From Paraphysomonas bandaiensis (lineage: Eukaryota; Protista; Chrysophyceae), in assembly GCA_965644295.1 (NCBI GenBank), contig CBFFRP010000281.1, positions 482,386 through 546,385 of the forward strand: a stretch of 64,000 nt of DNA. Direction: 5' to 3'. The notes under the pieces were generated by a model. That model made no database searches. It was not told the origin of the DNA and saw only the letters and a program-made list of their open reading frames with translations. Shown piece after piece: positions 37,767-52,201 of the stretch (within the stretch, counting starts at the first letter, position 1; each line of letters begins with the position of its first letter). The position numbers and the translations under genes were made by a program.

Positions 37767-40386
37767 TCAACTATCAGTGAAGATAACAAGACGATGAATA
37801 GATTTGCGGGCACTTGTCAAAGTGTTTCTCCTAAAGGTCTTCGTTTCACGCATATAAGATGGAACGGAAGATATAGATTTCTCTCGACCACAACCAGAAG
37901 TAGTCGCAGGCCGCTGCTTGAATTTTTTAGGTCTAACTGCAATCGCATTTTCCGTCATCTCGCTTTTCTTCTGCGATAAATCACTACTCACTGCAGAACA
38001 AGACATACTTTCATTCGGATCTCGAAAAGGTGTCATAGTCATCTTATTAGGAATACCCACAAGAGAGGTTCTGCTCGATTCAGCCTCCACTCCTAATGGC
38101 GCGGGAGAGTCCACTTCAGTGTGGGCCGGGAAGGTACAATTATCGTTAAGCTCCGTACGGGGCGTGGATATACGGCTATCTTCAGCCCCCATGTGTGTTT
38201 CCGTGGCGGGGAGGTTCGGTGAAACCGCAACCTCATTGTTTCCACATGGCAGTTCTTCATGGTTTAACTCCTCCACCAATGACTGCAGATGCTCCCGAGA
38301 CTCGTTTCGTGATTGAGTTTGAGGTCGAATCTGCATCAGATGCTTAGAGGAAACTCTAGAGTTCGTCGATTTAGTTTGACGCTTACACCACTGTTTTGAG
38401 GGGGACTTATTCTTCGATGTTCGTGATTTCAAATGACATTGTGAGACCGATTGCAAAGCATCACGCATTAGCATAGCCTCATTAGCTTCGTGATTTCGTT
38501 TGCGTCTATAAAACTGTTCAATACTCGAGGCCGTTTGGGGGCGTCTTCTAGCACTTGTGCTTGCTTCATGAGATACGAAAGATGAACCTCCTGAGGTAGG
38601 GTTTTGATGGCTAGATGTTATTGTTTCCAGTTGGCCTAATCGACAAGGACCATGCAACTGCTGCAAATTATTGCTAGTAGGCGACGAAATTTTATTATGT
38701 CGAGATAATTGGGTGTGGGTTTTTGCAGACGATGGACGATTGGAATACAACGACGCAACCCGTCGTGCGTGTCGGTGATTGTATAGCGCATCGTAATAAG
38801 AATTGTCTGTTGTGTCTAAGTTGTATTTGTATTCCACTTTGGGGTCGATACGCTGTATAGGCTTTATAGATGGTGCAGTGTGTGGACGGACTTGAGACTC
38901 ATTTGTTTCTAGAGAGGGGCTCGCATGTTGAGGAGATGTGCTGGGCGAGAGCATAGCGAGGTCAGAGTCAGTTTCTATATTTCCCAGAAACGGAATCTTA
39001 TCGTTTGTAATCTCTTCTGAGCTTGATGTCCACCTGTTCGTCTTCACGTTCTCCACCTTACTCCAGGTGCTGTCGTGAGAATCATCTCCCGTCCCAGGAG
39101 TGCAGTACCGGTGTATTATCGTTGCCACCCAGGCCTGAACCTCGTCACAGTTAGATGATTGGTTACCACCTCCAATAGATTTCCGTCGTGCTTTATTTGC
39201 AAGCCGAGAAGCTAGAGCTAAGCTCAATAGAGTTCCAGTAATAGATGGTCGCCTTGATTCTCCCACTAGACGTTTAACGGTCTCTGCAGTGCCATCGCTG
39301 CTAACAGCAGATTGATTAGATATCACATTCATGTCAACATGGTCGGTATCCAGTGAATATTCTCGAGAAAGTGACAAACTGTCGTATATGCTATGAATGT
39401 AGGGGTCGCTACATCCTCTTGCATTGAATTGAGTAGTAGAATTTAGTATGCTAACCATATCTGCAGTGGGTTGGTTGAGGAAGATACCGCCACGGCGCTG
39501 ACTGAGACGGGCTTGAGTCTGTATGTAATACCATCGTCATGAATGCAGCGAAAGGTAGTGTTGAGAAATACATTACACAACATATAAGTGCACACAATGG
39601 TAGCACCTCCACGGGGATCATCATCTTCTCCATCCAGTCTAGCGTACGCCTCAGTGCTACACGTTTGTCAGTGGTCTCAGCAAATCTCGCTAGAATATCC
39701 TAATAGCCTAATTAAAGGTGCACATTCAACAAGAATACACCCACATTTTCTCGTACACTGGTGATACACTTCACATCCTTCACTGGCCGAAGCTGAGGAG
39801 GGTACACATTTACGTCGGCAATGCTGATAAGTTACAATAACAGCACGTTACCTTAACGCACAAATGGAACATACCTCTCCAGCAGAGCCCATGAGAAAGC
39901 AGCACAAAAGCGAGGATGTGTATTCTCCGACCATATCTCTACATCAACGTCAGAGAATTATGAACAATCTCCCATAAAACTAGGGTAAACGAATTACGCA
40001 CCGATCATCTCTGACAGAGCATCCATGAATGCCACTTTGTTCAGTGCACCATAAGATTTCACGTCATTCAGATAATCAGCCTTCGCAAATTCCAGTGTCT
40101 CTTGTTCACTGACATTTTCACCCAAAAGTGCTCGTTGCACTCTAATATCCAAACGAATGTATCCATCCTCTGGAAGTGAGGCAGTGGACGGATCAGTGTA
40201 TATCACAACAGTCTGCCAGAGTAAACGAAATATAACAAACATATCAGAGTTGGAATAAAGAAACTTTCGTCTGGTGTCAATAATATCTTTACTCTCTGTC
40301 GATGAATCAACTTCACATAACTTTTCATGAAATTTTTTCTCTCCATTTTCAAGTTCTTTCTTTTCAGTTTCTTGCAGTCCCCCCAT
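37767..40386 (-). CDS. Hypothetical protein with a helical N-terminal domain and a long S/R-rich disordered tail; multi-exon
   Basis: 130-aa and 563-aa ORFs linked by short exons with GT-AG introns (IWSENTHPRFCAAFSWALLE etc.). Confidence 0.7.
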
Positions 40387-41403
40387 CGACAGGAGGAGCT
40401 TTATAGTGAACCATACCTGATCACAAACACACTGTCACATCATTCACAATGTATGATATGAAGAAAACCTTACGAACAACTTTTCGTTGTCTCATTATGA
40501 TAAGAGATCCTCTGTATAGGTGTTTCTATAGGAGATATCTAGTTTATATCTAGATATGTGTGTATCTGTAGAGTGAAACCACTATTGACTCTTGTTTAGG
40601 CATATGAACATAACTGCAATCGATCCTGATAATCCCATATGATTATTTACAAGAACAGATCGTCATGTAGTTAAGAATGTCTTGAGATGTTTCTATATAT
40701 GGATGTATGGATCATCTCATGTATAGAGACTGCTGTTAGTATGATAGTATATACTGCTGTATGTAGAGGGTAGAGGGTAGAGGTATGCCACAGCAGTACA
40801 TAGATCTATACTATAGCATATAGCATATAGCATATACCGGTATATGTATACAGCAGTACATCATATGCTGCAGTGTCAACAGTGAATGAAGTGATGAAGT
40901 ACGATATCCGGATATCCATCCAATAAAAGAAGCCCAAAGATGATATACGCTCTTCTCATTGGTATACTCCGTATACATAATGTACAGTACAGTAATATGC
41001 TGTACACGTGTATGTACATACCATATACCGCATACTGCTGCATAAGATATTCTGTATCGGCAGTCAGCATCTTAGTTTTCGGAAATATAACGAAGTAAAT
41101 ATTCTCTATATTACTGCAACACAGATACGGCTGAAATACAGATAATTGTTGACTCAATATAAGAGGCGTCTATGAACAAAAATGTACGAAGGATGCCGAT
41201 ATGTCAGATATATACAGCGTTAGATGCATTTCCTCACCTGAATTACATATCCACATATGCCATATACAATCTCTGGTATCAGAGATATTCGGTTGGAGGT
41301 ACACACGATGATTATTGTATTAGGAATGAGCATGAACTAATGGCTTGTTCCATGAATATACGAGAATCTTAATTGGAAGACTGTTGTGCGCTGGTGTTGT
41401 ATC

Positions 41404-42620
41404 ATGATGGTGTCGCAATCTCTAAAACAACCTGCACTGAAGAAGTCAATGGTCGTAAATAAATCCCCTGTAAAACCACCAGGAAGGGCGAGGTGTAGGG
41501 CATCGAATCAAGATAAATACACAGGGTTGGCTAATGTGGATGACTCTGCAATGCGTATAGAGCAAGACTTCTGTCAGCAGCTTCATGTGGAGGGAAGGCC
41601 ACATGCAGAGCTTTGTCGATTTTTATCACCTTTCTCAAGGGCTGACTCGAATGTACCTGACGGAAAATTCATGAAGATACAATGTACAACTGAGGACAGC
41701 TAGGAAACATTGTTGGAGCTTACACCGCGTATCATATACGAGAAAGTGCGATTAGAAAACAGCTATATTTTTCCAAGAGAAATGTTTAGAGGTTGCACAA
41801 CTCACAACTGGTATAAAGGTTGAGATAAATGGCGAATCATACACTAGGGGTAGTCTACCAGCAGATGGCCAAGTATGATCAGGCACGATTATGTCACCAG
41901 CGTAACGAAGAAATTGCGAAGTCAACTGAAAATGCTGAGAATTTGTTTCAGCGAACGTTGAAGTACATAAAGCGTACCTTACGTTGGTGAAACGACTGGA
42001 CGCTGAGAATCACACTGATCATGCACTGAAAATGTATGTGATATGCTTAGGTGCATCTATTAAATGTATGGGCTTAGCTTCACAAGGAGAAGCTAATGGA
42101 AAAACAGGAAATCTTCTTCGTCGAGGAGACCGTGCAGCACTTCCGTATTTGCAGCAACATTCGCAAATATCAACTGATATAGGAGATACGGAAGCTAGGT
42201 ATCGAGCATGCTCTGCCCTTGCTTGGGCGCTTGATTCGTTAGGGGATGATAAGAAGGCGTTAGAAGAATTATCTCTCGTTCACTCCATTTCAGAGCAAGA
42301 AGGAGACGCCTACCTCCAATCGCAAGCTTGTCGTACTCTAGGTGCACTACACTCTAAGGTCAGCCAGCTTCAGGACGCTGTGAACGTACTGCAACGACAC
42401 TTCGAGCAGAATGCAACTGACTCTATTAAGGGAGTCAGGTGAAAATTTCGCTGCACTCATGAAGGCAGGCTTGAAGCTAGCAAGAGTATATGTTAGGGTC
42501 AGTCGTGGAAACCTTCTAATGAGCGCCTACATGTGTGTTATTGCGACAGACATTAGCTCACAGCTGGACTGGAAACTAAACAGGACAGTGCTAATAAAGC
42601 AGTCCCCAGTAGAAGCAGGC
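41404..42620 (+). pseudogene. TPR protein (TTC29-like) pseudogene
   Basis: TPR-like helices 'AEIKGANHTLGVVYQQM'-like, 'RACSALAWALDSLGD..ALEEL', 'QACRTLGALHSK' spread over several frames with stops; no clear introns. Confidence 0.6.
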
Positions 42621-43742
42621 TACAGTTTTTCGTATTCCCGATCAATATTTATTTGTCTTGTGTGTAGTTTGAAATTTTAGAATTTATAGATGTTAATTTA
42701 TCGCGCTAATACTGCCCGATAGTTTGTTATGGTTGCCATTTGATCTAATACAGCAGTGCTTTAAGTGGTAACTCAATGTTATCCTTGTGTTCGCGATTGA
42801 TTTGATAACATAAATTATTATATGTGTATGCACTCTGACCATGTACTACTTTGGATTGTTTCTTGGATAACACACTAAGGTTCATGGACTCGGTAAACAT
42901 CTCCATAGCTCTACAACATATATACTAAATATATATACGTATTGTACTACCTAAGTACACGCTCAGAATGGAGCATATAATATACCCGAGTCTGGTCATA
43001 ATTATACGTATGTATGCTATATTATTGTATAAGATGGCTATTCTACAATTATGTTCCTAGGAATTTCTAGAAGGTGTTATTTTCTTAAGTGGATGGTGAT
43101 TCGATGACGTACTATTACTCGTTTGTCAACTCTATAAAATGACATCGCATCTTTACACTATTTGAGCATATGTTTGTGTCGTTACTCTTGAGTTTAAGTG
43201 GAAGTAATATTTTCTAAGATAGTCTAATATATAAGTAACAGTTCACTGTACACTAGCTCTTAAACTTGCATAGACTGTGATGGTTGCACATAAGAGTTCC
43301 AAGCACCTCACGATGCTGTAACGCCATAACGCACAGTACTTATGATACAGGCTAACAACGAGAGAGGAAGTAATGGTGACAGGGCTCTATTTATATCATC
43401 ACATCACCTCCAAAGATGTTCTTGTCCTTAATCAAGTTTGGTCCAATCAGAGATATCATGGATATCACACTGTCCAATGATTCGCTACTTCGCTATACCT
43501 TTTTAAGGGTCTGTGGTATCTAAATAATCCTGTTTTTGAAATACTAAACTCTGATTTGTGTTTCCAGTGGCTGTAAATCACTGATATTAGTGTCAGAAAC
43601 TGAAAACTGAATATTTTGAGCTGCTGCAGTAATAAAGCAACTCTGCCTGTGGTTATTAACAGAGACAGCATCCATTGCATCTACTTTGCTAAAGAATCAC
43701 CCATACAGACCAGCTTAATAACTTTATTTATATATCTTTACT

Positions 43743-44577
43743 ATGATTGGCATTGCAAGATACTGTAGATTGATGAAGCATACTTCTATGGTTCATAGAT
43801 TGCGTTATAGGCTATCAACCGTCACTAGAATCGATAACATGAAAGCTACAGGTAAACACTATTAACATATACGAATCATACTGATGTAAATCCCTTTTAG
43901 TTACAATCAAGAATACGCAGAGAAAGTATGATATCGACATTGATAAAATAAAGTCGCATGCTGTTGAAATATTACGAATTCTTGAGGTATTGATGGGCTT
44001 CATACGATCGATTGTACTCATCAGTCTAATCCGCTTATAGATTCCTCAGCGTAGTTTATTTATTCAGTTTTGTTCGGATTCTTACATGAGAAAGCTCTAT
44101 AAGGATGGAAAAGGAAAGAGTAAAAGTACTGACATACTTGCCTTTACCTCAACTGAGATGGAGACTTTGGGGCGAATATATATATGCCCAGCATATGTTG
44201 ATAGGCAAATGCAGTATGATAGAGAGGAGTATGAGGTAACTGAGAATTTAACTTGTACCTCTGCACTAACCGTATATACAGGCAGGTGAGCTAGATACCA
44301 CTGATGACGAAGGGGTAAGCCTTGCAATGGCCACAACATTTTCACTTCAAGTGAGAATGACCTTACTTCTTGTACATGGAATGATTCACCTAGAAGGGTA
44401 GGTGTATTAATGTTATTATATATTTGTGTATAACGTGTAATGCGAACTAGCCACGATCACGAGACCGATGAGGATTGGCTATTGATGGTAGAGAGGGAGA
44501 ATCAAGTTTTGCAAGAACTCTCTCAATCATTTCCTGATATAGTTTTACATCCGAGAAATAAAACACCCATGCATTAG
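43743..44577 (+). CDS. ybeY: YbeY endoribonuclease, organelle-targeted; 4 short introns
   Basis: KSTDILAF, LGRIYIC, and the zinc motif LVHGMIHLEG|HDHE split by an intron; basic N-terminal presequence. Confidence 0.9.
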
Positions 44578-45278
44578 TAATTAGATTTATGGTTTACAAT
44601 ATATATTAAATTACAATTATTTCGCCGTACCATGTATTTACGCCAGCTTTAGAATGTCAGTATTACGATGTTCACCGTAAACTGAATATCTCCTGACAAT
44701 ATAATATACGGCTGAATTTAGTTTCCCGGAGAAATATATCCCGTACTTATCCCCCAGAAGACCACGAAAAGGTGCGAGTCCGACTGTGTTAAGGGTTAAG
44801 GCTGTATAAACTATTTACGCTGATACTACTAATGGCTTGCTGTTATATCGAATGCTCAGTTTACCAGGTGCGGCTTTTTAGCAATGAAATTATAGCTGCT
44901 GTAGGAATAAATATTGTTGAATGTATGCACTCGATAATGCATCTGCGGTTATGAGGGTAATATTGGTAGTAGCTAGTTTACGATTACAGTGTCAAAACTA
45001 TAACAGGGTAACTTTAACTTGTGGTCAGCTTATAATCCAGTATGGATTGCAAACGTTTAGCTATCATCGTACTAATCGATACGCGTCTGAGTTTATAAGA
45101 ACGCAAAAACGGGAAATTGGTGGAGTCATCATTATATGTAAAGATGACGTAGATATCATTTTTTTCATGCTGGAAGAATGTTTATTATTAGTCATCATTA
45201 CTACTAATTAAGTCCACTTGATGTCAATGATAAAGGAAATCACATTTTTTTGACATCTGAAAATAAAATACTATGGTA

Positions 45279-47121
45279 TCAAATTTCAAACTGTAAGACT
45301 TGCCCTAATCTACTACTCTCTTTAGCAACCTCGATAATTCTGAGCACTATCACAGCGACGTAAGGGTCTACATGGGGAGTCTTTCCATGGACTACACAAT
45401 CGTAAAATTCATCATATAGAATATGGTAAGACCCTATTCTGGGAGGAGTTTTACTCTTTGATCCATCAGCTGTGGTTAATTCTCCCCATTGTCCTTCTGG
45501 TTCACACCCATACGTAATAGTATCTTTATCTAATTGCCCTTTTTCAGTTATTTGGGCAGCTCTGTAGTCAGGAAGTTTACCACTCATTAGTTCGGCTTCC
45601 TGTGTGTCCATCCCTTCTTTCCTCCATGATCCTTCCGATCCATGAATCATATACCTAATTCTGTGGTCCACACATAATAAAGATCCTTTTAGAATTGCTC
45701 TGAATCCTCCTCTATGTAACCCAGCAGCATCGGGGCTACTTTCTGGTGGTTCATAGAATAAATGTACCTCCCACGAGTCGTCAAGAGTACCTCCAGGTCG
45801 CTGGGCGCGTATATCAGCCCAAACACGTGCAGGAGTACCAAAGAGAACAACAGCCTGATCAATCATATGCGATCCGAGTGAAAGGAAGTTGCCCCCAGAA
45901 CCGGCAACAGTATCTTTCCAGCTCCATTCTCGTATTCGAGGAGAGAACCGGTTGAAGTAGCCATTATATTCCACTACACGACCAAGACGACACAAAATAC
46001 TTTGGATCGTTAAAAAGTCGGAGTCATACCGCCGGTTTTGGTATGGTAAACACACAAGTCCTCTATTGGACGCCATCTCAAGCAAGTCTTTTGCCTGTGT
46101 AGAGGACGCACAAAAGGCTTTCTCCATAAGTACATGTTTTCCCGCCTCCAGTGCTAGTCGAGCGTGCTCGAAATGGAACTCGATCGGACTGCACACAACG
46201 ATGACATCCACATCCTTTCTAGAGAGAAGTTCTCCCACAGACCGAACTATATCCACTTTTATCCCATGTTTTTCTGCAAAATGTTGGGATTCGTTCTTGC
46301 TACGCTCATATACAGCAGTGAGACGAAATCGTGGATGTGTGAGAATGAACGGTGCATGAAATACCCTCCCACTTAGTCCAAATGCAATTACACCCACTCT
46401 CAAAACCTTACAATCTCCAGGTGTACTAGGGAGTTGAGTCTTTGCCCACGCGGGGCATTCAGGAGATGACACCCATTCAAGCTCCTCTTCCGTGCTGCTC
46501 CTTCCCTGTGGTCAAAACAAATTGCGTCACAACGGAGTTGAGCAAAAATATGTTCATTACCAGTGCTGCATTTCGTGAGGGGAAACGACCAAAACGCCGA
46601 ATGACATCATAATGTTCATGAGGATATCCTTTTAGGCTAGAGAAAAATAATTTGACATCGTCAGTAGCATCGGAAGTTAATTGTGCAGCTATTTCAACCC
46701 CAAGCTCTTGCATTTCTAGACTTTCACAGTGTTGAATTGCAACTCCCAAAAAGAAACGCTCAATAACAATATACTGTGTTAATAACCAGTCTTTTTTTAA
46801 GAGTTCTTGTACCAATCGAGCCGTCAAATTATCATATTGGAATGACCCACTTGTGCCTCGATAGACACATCGACTGAACTGATCAAGAAGTATAACTCTC
46901 GCTAGTGTCCCTCGAGGAGATAACCACTCATCTCCTATATTCTCCCCTGCGACATGATGAATTATCATTGAGTTTTCTCGTTGAATATTATTGAATTCTT
47001 TAGATTTCCCACTAAACCATATCGCCATCCTATCAGATATATATGCCACTGATAACATCTCTGTGCGGTCTGATGTTCCAAACCAGAAGGACAGGACATC
47101 ATCTGGGGTACTAAGAATCAT
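45279..47121 (-). CDS. Fusion protein: DUF924 + Gfo/Idh/MocA (YdgJ-like) oxidoreductase; intron 46506-46560
   Basis: DUF924 motifs VLSFWFG, ILLDQFSR, H.DVIRRFGRFPSRNAAL|GRSSTEEE continue in frame into FGLSGRVFHAPFI, GKHVLMEK, YQNRRYDSDF, LGSHMIDQ. Confidence 0.88.
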
Positions 47122-47568
47122 TGGTAGGCTGTAATTGATAAGTAGTTATTTGATATTGTATTAATTATAGCATATAACTGATGTGCTGTTTCGATGATAT
47201 GATGGATGCGATATCATGGCAGCACATGCATAGATAGACTCCTCTATCCCCATATACTACTAGATACACACTGCTGTATATAGACGTATATGTAGCAGTC
47301 ATAGTCTTGTACTGCTGGACTACGAACTCTGTACTTCAGTACTAGGACAATGTACCTCCATACTGTACTTCTGTACAATTAGACTTACACAATACGCACA
47401 ATAACTTCACAGTACACATATATACACGTACAAAGCATCATCCTGATCTCATGTGCTGAGTGTGATAGTTGTATATATTAACATCCCACCATACATGACG
47501 CTTATACAGATAAAGGCCGTCTCAATAATACTATCTCAGTGACATGATGCGTTAACTAGTTGTTAGAT

Positions 47569-48708
47569 ATGAAAGGAAGTATTAATTTAATTGTTTTTGT
47601 AGCAGTTGCATTAGTAGTAACAGTCCTGTGGATTGCAGTGACTACAGAGGTGAATAATGATACTGATCAGAGTACAGATAAAGCGATGATGCTAGAGAGT
47701 GCTAGGAATCATCGACATATTGTTCCCATTGACGAAGTTGATTCTACTTCTGAACAGCAATCGATATCTTTAAGTCCTCAACCGAAGTCTGATTTCGCTT
47801 ATGTTACTCTCATTCATGGAATCGATGATACATTTCGTTATCGAGGTTATTTATACAATGTGATGATTATGAAAACAGCATTAGCATCTTATGGTTCCGT
47901 AGCCGATTTTATTGTACTCATTGGCTACACGCAAGATACGAATACGGAAATATTTCGAACTGATCTGGATAGGTTAACAGATATCGGAGTTCGTATAGTG
48001 CATCTTCCCCGTTTGGTTGATACTGAAAAGGTCCATTTCGGGGAAATGGCCTTGTTGAAGGTGACACCATGGAGCTTTACGCAGTACAAGAAAATTCAGT
48101 TTTTCGACGGCGATATTATGCCTACGGCAAATATGGACTGCTTTTTTCAGCTAGAGCAGAATACTTTCAATGTCGGAAATGCCAGTCCACTTAACTCTGG
48201 GTGGTTCCTGGCCATTCCCAACATGCAAGACTTTGAGGCTCTGCGTGCTAAAGCTGTGAAACGTCTGTCGCAGTCCTGGGACGAGGACTTAGGATGGGGT
48301 GAGAAAACTCCATCGTGGCTGACAAATGCTAGGGGAAAAGTGTTTACTCAGTGGACATTCAATGGTGCAAGTCTTGACCAGGGTCTGCTCACGCACTACT
48401 TCGTCATCAACAACGGAAGAGTCGTTCTTCTCAACGGCAAACAAGCACTACGCTTCCAAGGAATTGGAAAGAGTGGTGTTCCTGCAGAGAATATTCTCCG
48501 TTGTTGCAAAGGAAAACCGCCAGCGTCAATGTTTGCCCACTTTACAGGGAAAACTAAACCATGGCTAAGTGATATTAGAAAGGCTTCAGGTCGCAATGTG
48601 GTGTTATGGGGGAAGTTTTTGGATCAATTGAATCTTCCCGTCAATACGAGCAATATACATGAGCTTGCACTGAAGCCTCCGTTGGGATATTTTCACCCGA
48701 ACAAGTAG
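47569..48708 (+). CDS. Type II membrane glycosyltransferase, GT8-like
   Basis: N-terminal TM, AYVTL, KVTPWSFTQYKKIQFFDGD (DxD), LNSGWF, DQGLL, HFTG..KPW. Confidence 0.8.
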   Translation: MKGSINLIVFVAVALVVTVLWIAVTTEVNNDTDQSTDKAMMLESARNHRHIVPIDEVDSTSEQQSISLSPQPKSDFAYVTLIHGIDDTFRYRGYLYNVMIMKTALASYGSVADFIVLIGYTQDTNTEIFRTDLDRLTDIGVRIVHLPRLVDTEKVHFGEMALLKVTPWSFTQYKKIQFFDGDIMPTANMDCFFQLEQNTFNVGNASPLNSGWFLAIPNMQDFEALRAKAVKRLSQSWDEDLGWGEKTPSWLTNARGKVFTQWTFNGASLDQGLLTHYFVINNGRVVLLNGKQALRFQGIGKSGVPAENILRCCKGKPPASMFAHFTGKTKPWLSDIRKASGRNVVLWGKFLDQLNLPVNTSNIHELALKPPLGYFHPNK

Positions 48709-48813
48709 TGATTCGTGTTAGTGTTGTGTTTTTTTCAGTTAGAATTTGTTAATAAAAATTAGCGTGATAAACATATCCACTCATGTCCGTATCAAGCATC
48801 AATGCCTTTCTAA

Positions 48814-51491
48814 CAGGAATAGGGAACAATATATTGCAATACTATTGTTAGATAGCGTTCCATCAATAGTATTGATGGATTTTTTAAACCGGTCCTACAA
48901 TACAATTACAATATATTGCAATAAATTTTTTATGCATTGCAATATATTAGTATGACTAATCAGTAGGTAAACACATCCGTAGATTTCATTTTTAGTATTA
49001 GTCATTAAGATCATTGATATATATATATATATTAAATATGGTGTTACTAAGTTGTTACTAAGTGTGAATAGAAGTAAGTGTTACTAAGTAAGTGTTACTA
49101 AGTGTCGAAAGGTTATGTAAGTAAAAGTTACGTTGTATCGAATGTTAGTTAATGGTAAAAATGAAACAAACTAAGACTAAGGAACAGATAGCAAAAAATA
49201 TTACTAAATAAGTAGAAACAAACGATGCAGGAAGCAGTGTTAAGTCAGCCGACGGAAATGAATTGGTTTCAGTGAGCTGGTCATGATACCGTGATGTCTC
49301 CAGTTCGGCTGTTCGAGCTGCCACATGCTGCTGCTCGTTTAAAGTATCCATTCCCTTGCGGCGAATATTAGTAACGAATCATTTCATCCAGTGTATCTGG
49401 ACAAGTAAGAGCATGCAATGTCTGATAGAAGGGATCAGGACTGCGGTCTTCCATGATCGAACACTCTGCAGGATCGTCAGGCAAGGGAGTAAAATCTTCC
49501 TCAAGCTCCAGAGCGCAAGTAAAACTCCAGGATTGTCAGGCAAGGGAGTTTTACTTGCGCTCTGGAGTATATTCTGGATACGAGTGTATGGATGGGAGTT
49601 CTATGAGCTCTACTGGGATGCCCTTCGCGCTAACGAGAACAAAAGCGTCGTTTTTCATCGTCTTGTCCAAAAAAATATACCGCAGAAGCCAATCAGAAAT
49701 GGAGCATGCCAATAAAGAAGTGTCACTCCAGGCAACACTCACTGTGAGGACACGAATCTTAGTCGTGATGATAACTCTGACTTGATTGCAGTGAAGTTGT
49801 GATTGTGTAGTAATCGCAAATGCGGCTGACTAAAGTGTGACGTCGAACAGAACATTGAAGTATGGGCAGGCACTGGTATGTGAACAGCGTTTTGGAACTC
49901 CAAGAAGCAGATAGGGATGGTTTGAGGGAACAAGATACCATCATCCAGCTGAAATCTTGATGTCGTGCTGCAGAAACCGCAACTTCAATTTTGAAGTAGC
50001 GAATGCCACGCACTTAGATAGTGATGTCTTGGAATTCCAATAAGGCAACAATTCTGTGTGTGGGAATATAAGATCCAGCAGAATATGTCGATCCAGCAAA
50101 AAAATCCAGGTTTTTTTGATGCATGCTGTTTTTTGACGAATATATTTCAGAGAAATAACGAAAAAAGGTCGATTTTTTTGCTGGATCGACATATTCCGCT
50201 GGATCGACTTATTCCCACAGAAGGAATTTGAGAGAGCGAATACACTGTGAATCGTGCCATTATTAACTGTGAGTTCGTATTGCAAGCTTCATCACTATGC
50301 GGGAGAGCTATTGTGAAGGTTTATGCCTCATTATCGACAAAATGAGCGTGACAAGTGGGTTCCCGTGACCTGTAGAAAAGCGGAGAGTGTATGTCTCGAG
50401 GTTATTGAAGACGACGCAAGCAAGCAGTATGCCTATTAGTATTGGAGGGGAGAAAAGCATTTGAAATGCGCAGTGAAAGTTCAGTCCGAGTACGTCGTTG
50501 ATTCATGTGCTGATTTACAGCATGAAACCGTGTTTGAAATGGAAAAAGAAGACCATGCAGGTGAGGTAGTGGATATGCTCGACTTACTGAGCAATGCTCT
50601 CAGTCGTGGTAAAAAGAGAAATAATGTATCAGAAATGGCTTTAAGCTCCAGAGACTCCCGGCTAGTGTCAGGTAATAAGTATTGGTACTAGAGACTAGAG
50701 TAGTAGAGTGTGTAGCTGGAGTACTATTGGTCTGTTGAGTAATAATCAGTTCATTCATTGGGGTACAGTTATTGCTTTTCTGTTACATGCGCAAGCAATA
50801 ATGAGAACTAGATGGTGTACTGTAATGAACTATAAGATTAGGTGAAATTTAGCATATATCAAGATTTGTCGTTAATTTGCAGCAAACGCATGCATGTGTA
50901 TGTCACATGACAACCAAACCAACTGCTGCTTATAGCTACTAAAAATCCACCTCGTCCTCATCCTCTGAGCCATCATCGGTGACGTCAACATCACCATATT
51001 CATCCACAGAATTAATTGAAATATGCTAGTATCCGGCCATAACTGTCGAATAGCTTTCAGAAACAACAGCATATTAAGTAGGATGGATACTTTTGCGCAA
51101 CACTGATATAACATGTTTAGCTCTGCTGAACAGACGTTCCCATGTATTGGAAGTACATACCAGGGCCAGGCAACCGTTAATGACTCGTGGATCTGTACGT
51201 TTCTTAATTTTTTGACTGAAGATTTTTAGTCGCATAGTCAACATCAGCTTCATTATCCTTTGTAATGTTGTAATCAATTTCTCGGTTATTTATATCCATT
51301 TTGCACCCCACAGTTGAGAATCTTCTCTTATATGACTTTATCATAATATTGATTGCAATAGTATTGTGAGCTACTTTAACAGAAACAATATTGATGGAAT
51401 ATTAGACCAGTCCACCAATCAATATATTTTACAATATATTGCAATATATTGTACAATGTATTGCAATACAATATATTGTTCCCTATCCCTG
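48814..51491 (-). mobile_element. Non-autonomous hAT element with 8-bp TSD
   Basis: TIRs cagg(a/g)atagggaacaatatattg; TSD ctttctaa/ctttcaaa; minus-strand remnant 'TSNTWERLFSRAKHVIS..LLFLK' at ~51040-51190. Confidence 0.85.
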
Positions 51492-52201
51492 CTTTCAAAT
51501 GAAGCCTCTATGCATACGACTTGTTGTTCTGACCCTATCATGCATTACAATTACTTTTTATTTCTCATATCACATGATTATAGTATATTACAGCACTAAT
51601 ACTTTCAAAAACACAATCTGTGATATAGAGTAATGCCTCTGCTCCACACTTCTATGCTGATAAATTAGTATTCTCTCGTTTCATACTCTGGTGATAATTA
51701 ATCTGCTATTAAAATGTTGTATTCATGTAGATATGAGAGTTACACTTCTACCATTAGGAATTGTCCACCCTATGATACAAGTAGTTAAAGATCTACAATA
51801 ATAATTCTGGTCCTATGTTGCTGTAGCAACTGCTCTGCACAAGTTTTATGTATTATTGACGTCTATGAGTTCCCCTGAAGAGATAATATCCTGAGCAACC
51901 TGAAGAAAGGATAAACCTTCATCTAGATATCTATATCATTGCATAGGACAGTGTATTCATGCATGTTCATTGTGCATGATATGGAGAAACTTCTGCCTGC
52001 TTCTGTAGACCACAACGGTATACCGGTATACTCTATATACGGTATCGTTTACTATATATATTTCCAACCGGCTCGGCATAGCCGGTTCTGACGATGACTG
52101 TCCCGACTATGCCCTTATCTTCATCGATACAGTTGTGACGTTGACGTTAGCTGTCGCCCAGTCGCGCATGTCGGCCACGTACATCTTGTTCCTCCGGTAG
52201 A

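Noticed and set aside
45279-46472. Stand-alone oxidoreductase in an operon-like pair with DUF924
   Set aside because: The ORF starts at GTG; a canonical intron fuses the two into one frame.
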